Below are positions 29,268 to 36,961 of a stretch of 64,000 nt of DNA, in pieces. The notes under the pieces are model-generated. The model had not been told where the DNA came from, searched no databases, and saw nothing but the letters and a program-made list of their open reading frames with translations. Position 1 is the stretch's first letter. Every line of letters begins with the position of its first letter. This stretch comes from Desulfomonilia bacterium (GTDB lineage Bacteria; Desulfobacterota; Desulfomonilia; UBA1062). The DNA lies in contig CAXXDQ010000007.1 of NCBI GenBank assembly GCA_963664325.2, forward strand, positions 896,001 through 960,000, read 5' to 3'. The translations under genes were made by a program, and so were the position numbers.

Positions 29268-29322
29268 AATGACTAGTGGTGAGTGATGAGTGGTGAGTGG
29301 TGAGCAAGAATTTATCTAACAT
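29257..29322 (-). other. 21-codon micro-ORF (MLDKFLLTTHHSSLTTSHYGR) overlapping the tssF start
   Basis: GGGAGG RBS and ATG at 29322, reads through the heptamer array, stop overlaps the first 11 nt of tssF. Confidence 0.45.
29274..29304 (+). repeat. Heptamer array (AGTGGTG)x4, left arm of an inverted repeat
   Basis: T AGTGGTG AGTGATG AGTGGTG AGTGGTG AG. Confidence 0.9.
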
Positions 29323-29371
29323 AATTCCTCCCTGGTCGGATGAACCTTTATTACCTGTTTACAGGCCTTTT

Positions 29372-29758
29372 TTAACTTTCAAGTCTTTCAATAAGTTTAT
29401 ATAACATTTTCTGTAATTCGTCTATTTGAGCAGAAATAGTATCAAAATCATCCTGTTTCAAATAATTTAGTTCAAAAGCCAGAATTGTATGTGTATCCAG
29501 TTCGGCAAGAGAACCTCTTGCAATCGATAAAAACCTGACAAATTCTTTTGTACTGTTTCGCGCTTGTCCTTCAGCAATATTCGATGGTATTGATGCCGAG
29601 GCCCTGCGAGTTTGATTAGCCAATCCATATTCTTCTTTTTTAGGATAATTCTCAGTTATTCTGTATATAATTTTTGCAAGCTCAATCCCTTTTTTCCAAA
29701 CAATAAGCGACTTATAACTTTTTACAGCACAATGTTCGTTGTTCTCATTATTATTCAT
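29372..29758 (-). CDS. Four-helix-bundle protein (23S rRNA IVS protein-like / TIGR02436-type)
   Basis: SYKSLIVWKK, YP..E.YGL..Q.RRASASIPSNIAEG..R, F.RFL.IARGSLAEL.T; AT-rich relative to its flanks. Confidence 0.9.
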   Translation of the reverse strand: MNNNENNEHCAVKSYKSLIVWKKGIELAKIIYRITENYPKKEEYGLANQTRRASASIPSNIAEGQARNSTKEFVRFLSIARGSLAELDTHTILAFELNYLKQDDFDTISAQIDELQKMLYKLIERLES

Positions 29759-29767
29759 GAGCTTTTT

Positions 29768-29878
29768 CTCACCACTCACCACTGTCCACTCACCACTATC
29801 CCTTAACTGTATCTCTTTCCTCACCACACACCACTGTCCACTCACCACTGTCCACTCACCACTATCCCTTGACTGTAT
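29768..29878 (-). repeat. Two heptamer arrays (4 and 6 units), each preceded by a copy of the tssE 3' end
   Basis: Minus strand ATACAGT(C/T)AAGGGAT-(AGTGGTG/AGTGGAC)n-AG at 29820-29878 and 29768-29812. Confidence 0.9.
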
Positions 29879-30326
29879 ATTCTCCCCTGTTGACATCAAA
29901 AAAAGTGTCGAATGAAACAGGTTCTGATTCCGGCTCGACCACCAGCATGGCGTTGATCCTGAACCTGAGTGAATTTATCCTTGAATCGCCTTCAACAACG
30001 ACGCTGACATTTCTGAGCCTGGGCTCGAACCTGGCGATCACCTTTTCAATATCCTGCCTGATCGACTTCTTCACCGAGATGTTGCCGGGGTTCTGGGACG
30101 TAAAGTCGCTCACGCCGTAGGTGAACAGGGATTCGGCAACCTCCCTGAATCCTTCCGGCGGGTCGAATATGTGCCGTCTTGTGTTGAGAAGGTTTTCCAG
30201 GTCGCGGACGACCTGCGCCTTGATCTGCCTTATGTCCATATACCGGTCCTGCGCCGCTTCCTGCGACAGGTCAGGATCGTTGTCTATGAGGCGATCAAGG
30301 ATGGAAGGTATAATGTTTTCGTTCAT
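29862..30326 (-). CDS. tssE: T6SS baseplate subunit TssE (gp25-like)
   Basis: PSILDRLID, RDLENLLNTR, YGV.DF, I.RFEPRL..V.V. Confidence 0.9.
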   Translation of the reverse strand: MNENIIPSILDRLIDNDPDLSQEAAQDRYMDIRQIKAQVVRDLENLLNTRRHIFDPPEGFREVAESLFTYGVSDFTSQNPGNISVKKSIRQDIEKVIARFEPRLRNVSVVVEGDSRINSLRFRINAMLVVEPESEPVSFDTFFDVNRGEYTVKG

Positions 30327-30328
30327 TC

Positions 30329-31261
30329 TTAGCCCTGCCAGTCTTCTCTGAGTATCGCATAAAGGACATCGTCCTCGTACCGGCCCCACTTGACAAAGGC
30401 CTGCCTTAAATATCCCTCCTGTTTCATGCCCAGCTTCTGCATGACCTTTCCTGATGCGGGATTGCGCGCAAGGTGCTTCGCCTGTATGCGGTTCAGATTC
30501 ATTTCCTCAAACCCGTATTTTATAAGGGCCGAGGACGCCTCGGTGCAATAGCCCTGTCCCCAGAAATCCTTTCCGATCCAGTAGCCGAGCTCCCCCGAAT
30601 TGCTCGCTTTATCTATATCCAGTATCGAGACGCAGCCTGCAAGCCCGCCGTCTTCCTTGAGCGTGACGGCAAGGGCCAGCATTTTGTTGTTAATGAATTC
30701 ATCCTTATGTGTATTTATCCATGCCTCCGCCGCACCGTCGGGATACGGATGCGGTATTGCCGCTGTCGTATCAGCTACGGCGAAGTCGCCTGCAAGCCTC
30801 TGCAGATCGGACGAGTCAGACAGGTTGAAGGGCCTCAGGACCAGCCTGCCGGTTTCAAGCACGGGCATCTTTCTTTCAGCCTGAACCGGGTGCGGCGTAT
30901 CTTCACAATCCTGATAATTCTCCGGCACAAAACGCGGGGTGCATATGGCCAGGAATATCAGGTCCCTTTCCCCGGTGCTGGTTATCCGCTGTTTTACGCC
31001 GGGATGTATTACCACAACATCGCCTTTTGTTACCGGGGCCGCGCTTTCATCACCGACCTCGGCCAGCCCCTCACCTTCAAGAATAATATAACGTTCGCAG
31101 GTGCCGAGAAGCTTGTGGAACCTTGTTGTAATACCGGGTTCAACCCTTACCCTGGCAATCGAAGCTTCGCCATCGGCAGACGTGTTCCACCATTCGGTAA
31201 CAAAGCACCCTTCATCAATAAAATATTCCCCGGGATTGTTTCTATGTACAGGCATAATCAA
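30329..31261 (-). CDS. Cupin + RimJ/RimL-type GNAT acetyltransferase fusion
   Basis: Cupin (ERYIILEGEG...GDVVVI...FLAICTPRF), then LETGRLVLRPF, ELGYWIG..FWGQGY, NPASGKVMQKLGM. Confidence 0.85.
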   Translation of the reverse strand: MIMPVHRNNPGEYFIDEGCFVTEWWNTSADGEASIARVRVEPGITTRFHKLLGTCERYIILEGEGLAEVGDESAAPVTKGDVVVIHPGVKQRITSTGERDLIFLAICTPRFVPENYQDCEDTPHPVQAERKMPVLETGRLVLRPFNLSDSSDLQRLAGDFAVADTTAAIPHPYPDGAAEAWINTHKDEFINNKMLALAVTLKEDGGLAGCVSILDIDKASNSGELGYWIGKDFWGQGYCTEASSALIKYGFEEMNLNRIQAKHLARNPASGKVMQKLGMKQEGYLRQAFVKWGRYEDDVLYAILREDWQG

Positions 31262-31290
31262 TATCGGTGATAATTTTTTCTTTTCTTTTC

Positions 31291-31320
31291 CTCACCACTC
31301 ACCACTTATAACTCATTACC
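31291..31320 (-). repeat. Third, degenerate AGTGGTG heptamer array
   Basis: Minus strand GGTAATG AGTTATA AGTGGTG AGTGGTG AG. Confidence 0.7.
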
Positions 31321-31335
31321 ATTTTTATAAAGCAA

Positions 31336-31367
31336 ACCCCCTCCGCAATTCATATATCGGAGGGGGT
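31336..31367 (-). terminator. Stem-loop downstream of hcp
   Basis: ACCCCCTCCG-N12-CGGAGGGGGT perfect 10-bp stem followed by TTGCTTT on the minus strand. Confidence 0.65.
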
Positions 31368-31388
31368 ACTGTATATAAAAATTCTATT

Positions 31389-31886
31389 TTACGAACCTTT
31401 GTTGGCCACCAGGTCCCAGTTGGCAGCGACATTGCCCTTGGGTTTGCCTGTCTTGTGGTCGGTCTCGGTATACGTCCACTCCATCTTGCCGTAGTTGAAG
31501 GAAACCTCTTCAATGGGCAGCGTATCTCCCCCCGCCGAAGAGCCCCCCGGCCTCACCGAGCTCACGATGACATCGCTCATCTTGTATTCCATGTATTTAA
31601 CCTTGTCTCCGCCGGCCCTGCAGAGTTCAACCTTGACTTCCTTGATATGGGTGCCGTTGCAGCAGAAAAGATTGAGCTTCGGTGAAGCCTTGTCCAGGGC
31701 CTTGACAATCGAAAACGGGCTGTGCTCGCACCGTTCCGCAGTCCTGCCTCCGCCGCTGCTCACCGAACCGGATGCCGGCTGCGAAACGCCATGGCTGTAG
31801 GACAGTATCTCTATCCAGTCCTTGTGCTTGTCATCCGTGCTCTCTCCCGGTATCCCTTCTATTTTCAAAAAAGCGTCAAACGCCAT
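31389..31886 (-). CDS. hcp: T6SS tube protein Hcp (TssD)
   Basis: MAFDAFLKIEGIPGESTDDKHKDWIE, KALDKASPKL, EEVSFNYGK.EW.Y, NWDL..NK. Confidence 0.95.
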   Translation of the reverse strand: MAFDAFLKIEGIPGESTDDKHKDWIEILSYSHGVSQPASGSVSSGGGRTAERCEHSPFSIVKALDKASPKLNLFCCNGTHIKEVKVELCRAGGDKVKYMEYKMSDVIVSSVRPGGSSAGGDTLPIEEVSFNYGKMEWTYTETDHKTGKPKGNVAANWDLVANKGS

Positions 31887-31964
31887 TGTTACTCCCTCCC
31901 TTTCTTGTTTTTTTCATCACGTATCCGGTGACGGGTGTGCAACCCGTCCCCTGAATTATGTTTT

Positions 31965-33455
31965 CTATCCCTTTGCCGGAGGCGGAAGCTCTGCAACAAG
32001 CCTCAGCGACACCGACAGCTCGTCGAGCTGGAAGTGCGGCTTCAGGAAGGCCACCGCCCTGTATGCGCCGGGTTTGCCGGGTATCTCCGCCACGTCTATC
32101 CTGGCTTCCCTTAAGGGCATCTTGGCCTTGGCATCCTGACCGGCATTGTCGTCCAGGAGCACATAGCTGCTAATCCAGCGGTTCAGGAAGTCCTCGGCGT
32201 CCTTTCGTGTCATGAAGCTTCCGATCTTATCCCGCATAATGGATTTCAGGTAGTGAGCAAACCTGGAAACGGCCATAATGTACTGGAGCTGCGAGGAAAG
32301 CTTGGCATTGGCGTTCGCCGCATCCGTGTCATAGGCCTTGGCCTTGTTCGCCGTCTGGGTGCTGAAAAATGCCGCATAGTCCGTTCCCTTGCAGTGCACC
32401 AGCGGGACAAACCCGAGATCCGCAAGCTCCTTTTCACGCCTGTCAGTTATTGCAACCTCGGTCGGGCACTTGAGCGCCACGTCGCCGTCATCGGTCTTGA
32501 AGGTGTGCACGGGCAGCCCCTGTACAAGCCCGCCTCCCTCGACGCCCCTTATGGCCGCCGTCCAGTGGTATTTGGCAAAGGCGTCGGTCAGACGGGAGCC
32601 GAGCGCATAAGCCGCGTTGCCCCAGAGGTATTTGCCGTGGTCCGTACCGGTTACATCCTCTTCGAAGTCAAAAGATTCCACCGGCACATTGTCTTTTCCG
32701 TACGGCAGCCTCATAAGCACATGGGGCAGCGCCAGGGCGACATACCTGGAATCCTCCGATTCCCTCAACGATTTCCACTTTGCATATTCGACACTCTGGA
32801 AGGTCTTGGCCAGGTCCCTCGGAATCCCGATATCGGTAAAGGAGTCAAGGTTGAACATGCTGGGGGATGCAGCCGAGATAAACGGCGCATGCGCCGCTGC
32901 CGCGACCTGCGACACCTTTTCCAGGAGCGCCATGTCCTGAGGGTGGTTGCTGAACTCATAATCCCCTATCAAAGCGCCGTATGAGGCGCCGCCGAACATG
33001 CCGAACTCCTCTTCGTATATTTTTTTGAAGAGTGTTGACTGGTCGAATTCGCTCGCCTTTTCCATATCTTTCAGGAGGTCGTTCTTGGAAACGTTCATCA
33101 CGCGGAGCTTCAGGCTTTCCCCCGTTTCGCTCTTGTTGACAAGATAGAAGAGCCCTCTCCACGACCCTTCAAGCTTCTGGAAGTCCTGATGATGCATTAC
33201 TTCGTTGAGCTGATCCGATATCAGCTTGTCTATCTGTGCGATGCGGGCGTTTATCATGGCCTCGGTATCCTTTGATACCGTGATCACGCCTTCCATTATC
33301 TGGCTTACAAACTCTGAAAGGATATCCTTCGCCCTCGCCTTCTGCACATCGTCGCGTGCCATTCTTCCTTCATCGATAATCTTATCGAGAAGGCTCAATT
33401 CCTCTTTCTCGACTACTTTTGCCTCTTTCTGGGTCAATTCCTGATTCTCAGGCAT
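31965..33455 (-). CDS. tssC: T6SS sheath large subunit TssC (VipB)
   Basis: FQKLEGSWRGL, AAAAHAPFIS, YLWGNAAY, RFAHYLK, PHFQLDEL; start MPENQ after GGGAGG. Confidence 0.95.
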   Translation of the reverse strand: MPENQELTQKEAKVVEKEELSLLDKIIDEGRMARDDVQKARAKDILSEFVSQIMEGVITVSKDTEAMINARIAQIDKLISDQLNEVMHHQDFQKLEGSWRGLFYLVNKSETGESLKLRVMNVSKNDLLKDMEKASEFDQSTLFKKIYEEEFGMFGGASYGALIGDYEFSNHPQDMALLEKVSQVAAAAHAPFISAASPSMFNLDSFTDIGIPRDLAKTFQSVEYAKWKSLRESEDSRYVALALPHVLMRLPYGKDNVPVESFDFEEDVTGTDHGKYLWGNAAYALGSRLTDAFAKYHWTAAIRGVEGGGLVQGLPVHTFKTDDGDVALKCPTEVAITDRREKELADLGFVPLVHCKGTDYAAFFSTQTANKAKAYDTDAANANAKLSSQLQYIMAVSRFAHYLKSIMRDKIGSFMTRKDAEDFLNRWISSYVLLDDNAGQDAKAKMPLREARIDVAEIPGKPGAYRAVAFLKPHFQLDELSVSLRLVAELPPPAKG

Positions 33456-33477
33456 ACTCGCCACCCCCTCCCTATTC

Positions 33478-33987
33478 TCACTTCTTCTTTGTGCCTGCAT
33501 CGGCAGACAGCTTCTGCAGGGCATCGGTCGACGAAATAACATCCTGGAGAAGTTCATTGAGGTTGTCATTTCCATCCAGTTTGTTTAACAGCTCGGAGAG
33601 CTTCTTCCTCGTTTCAACAAGCTTTTTGAGCGGGTCGATCTGCTCTGTCACGCGTTCCGGGGAAAAATCGTCAAGGGACTTGAATTTAAGCTCGACCGCT
33701 ATCTTAGAATCATCGCCCGTAAGCTTGTTGTCCACCTTGTATGCAAGCCTCGGCTTCATGCCTTCGAGCACCTTGTTGAAATTGTCACGGTCAATCTCGG
33801 TGAATTTCCTGTCCTTCAACTTGGGCAGCGGTTCCTCCGGCTTGCCGGAAAAATCCCCCAGCACCCCGACAACGAACGGAATCTCCTTCATCTCTATGGA
33901 GTCGCCAATCTCGACATCATAGGTAATCTGGACCCTTGGAGCCCTCACTCTGTCGAGTGTATGTTGCAGACTCTCCTTCTTCGGCAT
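33478..33987 (-). CDS. tssB: T6SS sheath small subunit TssB (VipA)
   Basis: RVRAPRVQITYDVE, EIPFVVGVLGDFSG, DDFSPE. Confidence 0.95.
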   Translation of the reverse strand: MPKKESLQHTLDRVRAPRVQITYDVEIGDSIEMKEIPFVVGVLGDFSGKPEEPLPKLKDRKFTEIDRDNFNKVLEGMKPRLAYKVDNKLTGDDSKIAVELKFKSLDDFSPERVTEQIDPLKKLVETRKKLSELLNKLDGNDNLNELLQDVISSTDALQKLSADAGTKKK

Positions 33988-33990
33988 GGT

Positions 33991-35373
33991 TTAACCTCCT
34001 GAGTTTATTTGTTCCTTATAGGCAATAGCCTTTGTTATATCCCTCGTGCAGAGCTTAGGAAACATTTCGCTCCTGGCCCTTGCAAAATCTTCCTCCCTGG
34101 CGCCCTCCGAGGTGAGGCACTGGTAGTATGCATCGATCACCTCGGCTATCCAGATCGGGGATTCCCACTTTTCAAGGCCCAGCTCTTCGATCAGGGCATA
34201 AAGCTGTTCGATCACGGGTTTCGCCAGGTCGGGCCTTTCGGCCTTAAGGCTGAGCTTGGCCATGAGGAGCTTGTAGCGGTTTTTCTGCCTGACCGACGGC
34301 GCCGATGACGAGGCGTCGAGGAGTTTCTGCAGGGCATCCTTGATCCCGCCCGAATCAAGCGTATCAAGTGCATCCTGCCATACGGCATCTTCAACGCCCG
34401 AACTCTCGCCTATGCTTGCCGGTTGAATAATCACTGAAACACCTCCGGCAGGCTGAACAGGAGAGGTTTCCGCAGGAGGCTGTTTGGCCTTTTTAGCCGG
34501 CCTTTTTTCCTGGGCCCCCGCGGGTTCCGCCATATCCTGTTTAGCCTCTTTATTCTGGGCGGGCTCAAGGCCGCCCTTTTCCTTCAGTATCCGTTCGGCA
34601 AGCTGCAGGTTGTCGTCTATGGCCTTTCCTAGTTCCGAAAGCCTCGGGGCATCCCTGCCGAACTTTTCCTCGGTAACAGCATCAAACCTTTCAAACTCTG
34701 TTTTACACCTTGATATCTCTTCAGCCAGTGAAATATAAAACTGTTTTGAAGACCTTGAGGCTGCTGCATCGAACTGCTCTCCGGTGATCTTGCCTTCTGA
34801 AATTTTTTCATCACGGGCTTTTTTCTTGTTCTCGTCGATATCGCCGTACTGGTTCTTGAGGTCTTTATCAAAGCCTGTCTGCCTCGACTCCTGCCATCGG
34901 GAATAGGAATAGCCTTCCGTTGACGCCGGGTCCGTCAAAGGGATATCGTTTATCGAAGGAGAGACCTTGTCGTTTAAAAACGTCAGGGGACCCGCCCTGA
35001 ATTCAAGGTCTCCGTCATCGATTGCAGGATATACCGTATCCCAGAAATCAGACAGGAAAACAGCCAGTATATTGAGCCCGTCGGCAAGCCCCGTAAAGCC
35101 AGCCTTCTTTATCAGGGCCTCGGTAAGCCAGACAGCGATCTGGATGTCTTTCGTCTTGTTGGCCAGTGTGTCGATTCCGGTCTTGATGACCTTTTCCCAG
35201 TCCGAGGTCTTCAGGTCGCGCTGCCATTCACCCTGGTCAAGGGTATCGTCCGCACGCCTTGCCTCCTTGATCTCCTCGTAAACGCCGGAATACCTCATGT
35301 CTTCCCCGCTCGGGCTCCCGCCCGCCATCGGGGCTAAAATTTTATCGATATCCTGCCTGCTTATTTTTTTCAT
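33991..35373 (-). CDS. tssA: T6SS TssA (ImpA N-terminal domain)
   Basis: ILAP...PSGEDMRY, EIKEARR, KTKDIQIAVWL.EAL, FWDTVYP; C-terminal LEKWESP. Confidence 0.9.
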   Translation of the reverse strand: MKKISRQDIDKILAPMAGGSPSGEDMRYSGVYEEIKEARRADDTLDQGEWQRDLKTSDWEKVIKTGIDTLANKTKDIQIAVWLTEALIKKAGFTGLADGLNILAVFLSDFWDTVYPAIDDGDLEFRAGPLTFLNDKVSPSINDIPLTDPASTEGYSYSRWQESRQTGFDKDLKNQYGDIDENKKKARDEKISEGKITGEQFDAAASRSSKQFYISLAEEISRCKTEFERFDAVTEEKFGRDAPRLSELGKAIDDNLQLAERILKEKGGLEPAQNKEAKQDMAEPAGAQEKRPAKKAKQPPAETSPVQPAGGVSVIIQPASIGESSGVEDAVWQDALDTLDSGGIKDALQKLLDASSSAPSVRQKNRYKLLMAKLSLKAERPDLAKPVIEQLYALIEELGLEKWESPIWIAEVIDAYYQCLTSEGAREEDFARARSEMFPKLCTRDITKAIAYKEQINSGG

Positions 35374-35383
35374 GTTTTCCAGT

Positions 35384-36187
35384 TCAATCCTTTTGGGGGA
35401 AATTAAAGGTGATCTCCTTTATTTCAAGAAGCGGAACATCATTTTCTCCGATCTGAAGGACATGCTGTCCCATGCCCTTGGCAAATTTTCCACCAAGGTC
35501 TTCCCAGTCGGTCATCCGTCCCAGCCTTATCTCGGCGCTCTCGCTCAGTTCGGAGTCCGGATACAATACGGGAAGATTGCAGTTCGCAGTCAGCCCTTCC
35601 CAGGTGGTAATACTCGCGGGTATCCAGATGAGATCGAGAAGGCTTTTAGGTTCCGTTATAATTATCTCTCTTAAAGCCTCGAAGGGAATCCAGACATACC
35701 TGTCATGAACGAAAGCCTCCAGGAAGAATGCCAGCATCGAATCGGTATCCCAGATGCCCGAGAAGTTCTTTCTGTTAAACACCCCGCTTATTTTAGGCCT
35801 CGTTCCGGCCGCTTCATCGAAGAGAGCTGCTGACTTCTTCAGCTCGCCCTTGATCAGGTTCGCACATGCATCCCAGTAGGTTTCGAAATATGGCGGCGCA
35901 TCTGTCAGGAATGAAGGGAGCTTGCTGAACAGGCATACCTTGCGCCGGTCCTCCTGCGCCCTCAATATATCTTTATAGGCAGAAACTGCAATCGCCCTCG
36001 CGGTATCCAGAGAGCTTATCATGTCAAGGTGCTTGAATGCCCTGTCCCATTCGCCGCATAACGCAAGCACCTGGAACAGGAGTGTCCGTCTGGCGGTATC
36101 GGCAGGCTTTGCTTTGATTTCTTCGGTGAGAATTCCGCGGGCCTCCTCAAGCCTGCCGGCCTTTATAAGTTCAGCCGGGCCCATCAT
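35384..36187 (-). CDS. tagJ: T6SS accessory TagJ (ImpE/SciE family)
   Basis: LFQVLALCGEWDRA, YVWIPF, DLIWIP, LGRMTDW, GMGQH. Confidence 0.85.
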   Translation of the reverse strand: MMGPAELIKAGRLEEARGILTEEIKAKPADTARRTLLFQVLALCGEWDRAFKHLDMISSLDTARAIAVSAYKDILRAQEDRRKVCLFSKLPSFLTDAPPYFETYWDACANLIKGELKKSAALFDEAAGTRPKISGVFNRKNFSGIWDTDSMLAFFLEAFVHDRYVWIPFEALREIIITEPKSLLDLIWIPASITTWEGLTANCNLPVLYPDSELSESAEIRLGRMTDWEDLGGKFAKGMGQHVLQIGENDVPLLEIKEITFNFPQKD

Positions 36188-36274
36188 ATAAGGATTCCCT
36201 CCCTGAAGTCATTAAGACCACAACAGCCTTCAAAATACAATACAAACATCACAGTCGAATACCATTTTCCCGCC

Positions 36275-36961
36275 TTATTCATAAGTAAGCAGCCTTAAAA
36301 CGTTATCCGTATCAAGAGGCCTTCTGAATATAAAGAGGCAAGATTTCTCGCCGGTCCCGCCTATGAAAACAGCTTCAGGGGAGGAGGGATCAGACTTCTT
36401 CAGCCCTGCCATATAGCCTGAAACCTGTTTATTTATCCCGTCTTCATCGCCAGGGGCAAGCGGTATGAAACCGCTGCCGGAAATTTCAGTGCTGTAAACC
36501 GGCATGTCCGCAAAACCGGTTTTATCAACATCCGAAGGGGACCCGAGCCTTGACAGCCCTGCTTTGAATTCGCCGAGCGTTGCCAGTCTCCTTGAACTGA
36601 TGTACTCGGCCTCGGAGCATACAGCTGCCATAGCCTCAGGAACGGCTTCCCAACGGGTTTCCCATCCCGCAAGCATTCCATATCCGGCCACGACAAGGGG
36701 GTATTCCCTTCCGAGAGCATCCCGGCTGTCCTTTAAAATTCCGCATGAGATTAAATCTTTTTTTCCGCCTTTTAAAAAGTACCTGTAGGATACATATTTT
36801 CTCACTGCTGATCCGGTCTTCATAAACCCCTTATCTACAAGTCCTGAAAGTATTCTCAGGCAGGGACTCTGAAAACCTATGGATATGTAATCTCTGGCAA
36901 CCGGGTGCTTGCCTGCTGCACCCCATTGCCAGGAATCAGGTTTGCTCAGGGAGCCCAGCAT
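36275..36961 (-). CDS. tagF: TagF-like T6SS-associated protein
   Basis: GKHPVARDYI (cf. GK.P..GDF) and DSRDALGREYPLVV; directly after tssM. Confidence 0.7.
   Translation of the reverse strand: MLGSLSKPDSWQWGAAGKHPVARDYISIGFQSPCLRILSGLVDKGFMKTGSAVRKYVSYRYFLKGGKKDLISCGILKDSRDALGREYPLVVAGYGMLAGWETRWEAVPEAMAAVCSEAEYISSRRLATLGEFKAGLSRLGSPSDVDKTGFADMPVYSTEISGSGFIPLAPGDEDGINKQVSGYMAGLKKSDPSSPEAVFIGGTGEKSCLFIFRRPLDTDNVLRLLTYE

Noticed and set aside
29372-29758. Diversity-generating retroelement (Avd-like gene)
   Set aside because: No reverse transcriptase and no TR/VR pair differing at adenines was seen; the sequence fits the generic four-helix-bundle family.
29274-29878. CRISPR array
   Set aside because: The units are contiguous 7-mers without unique spacers, and no cas genes are present.
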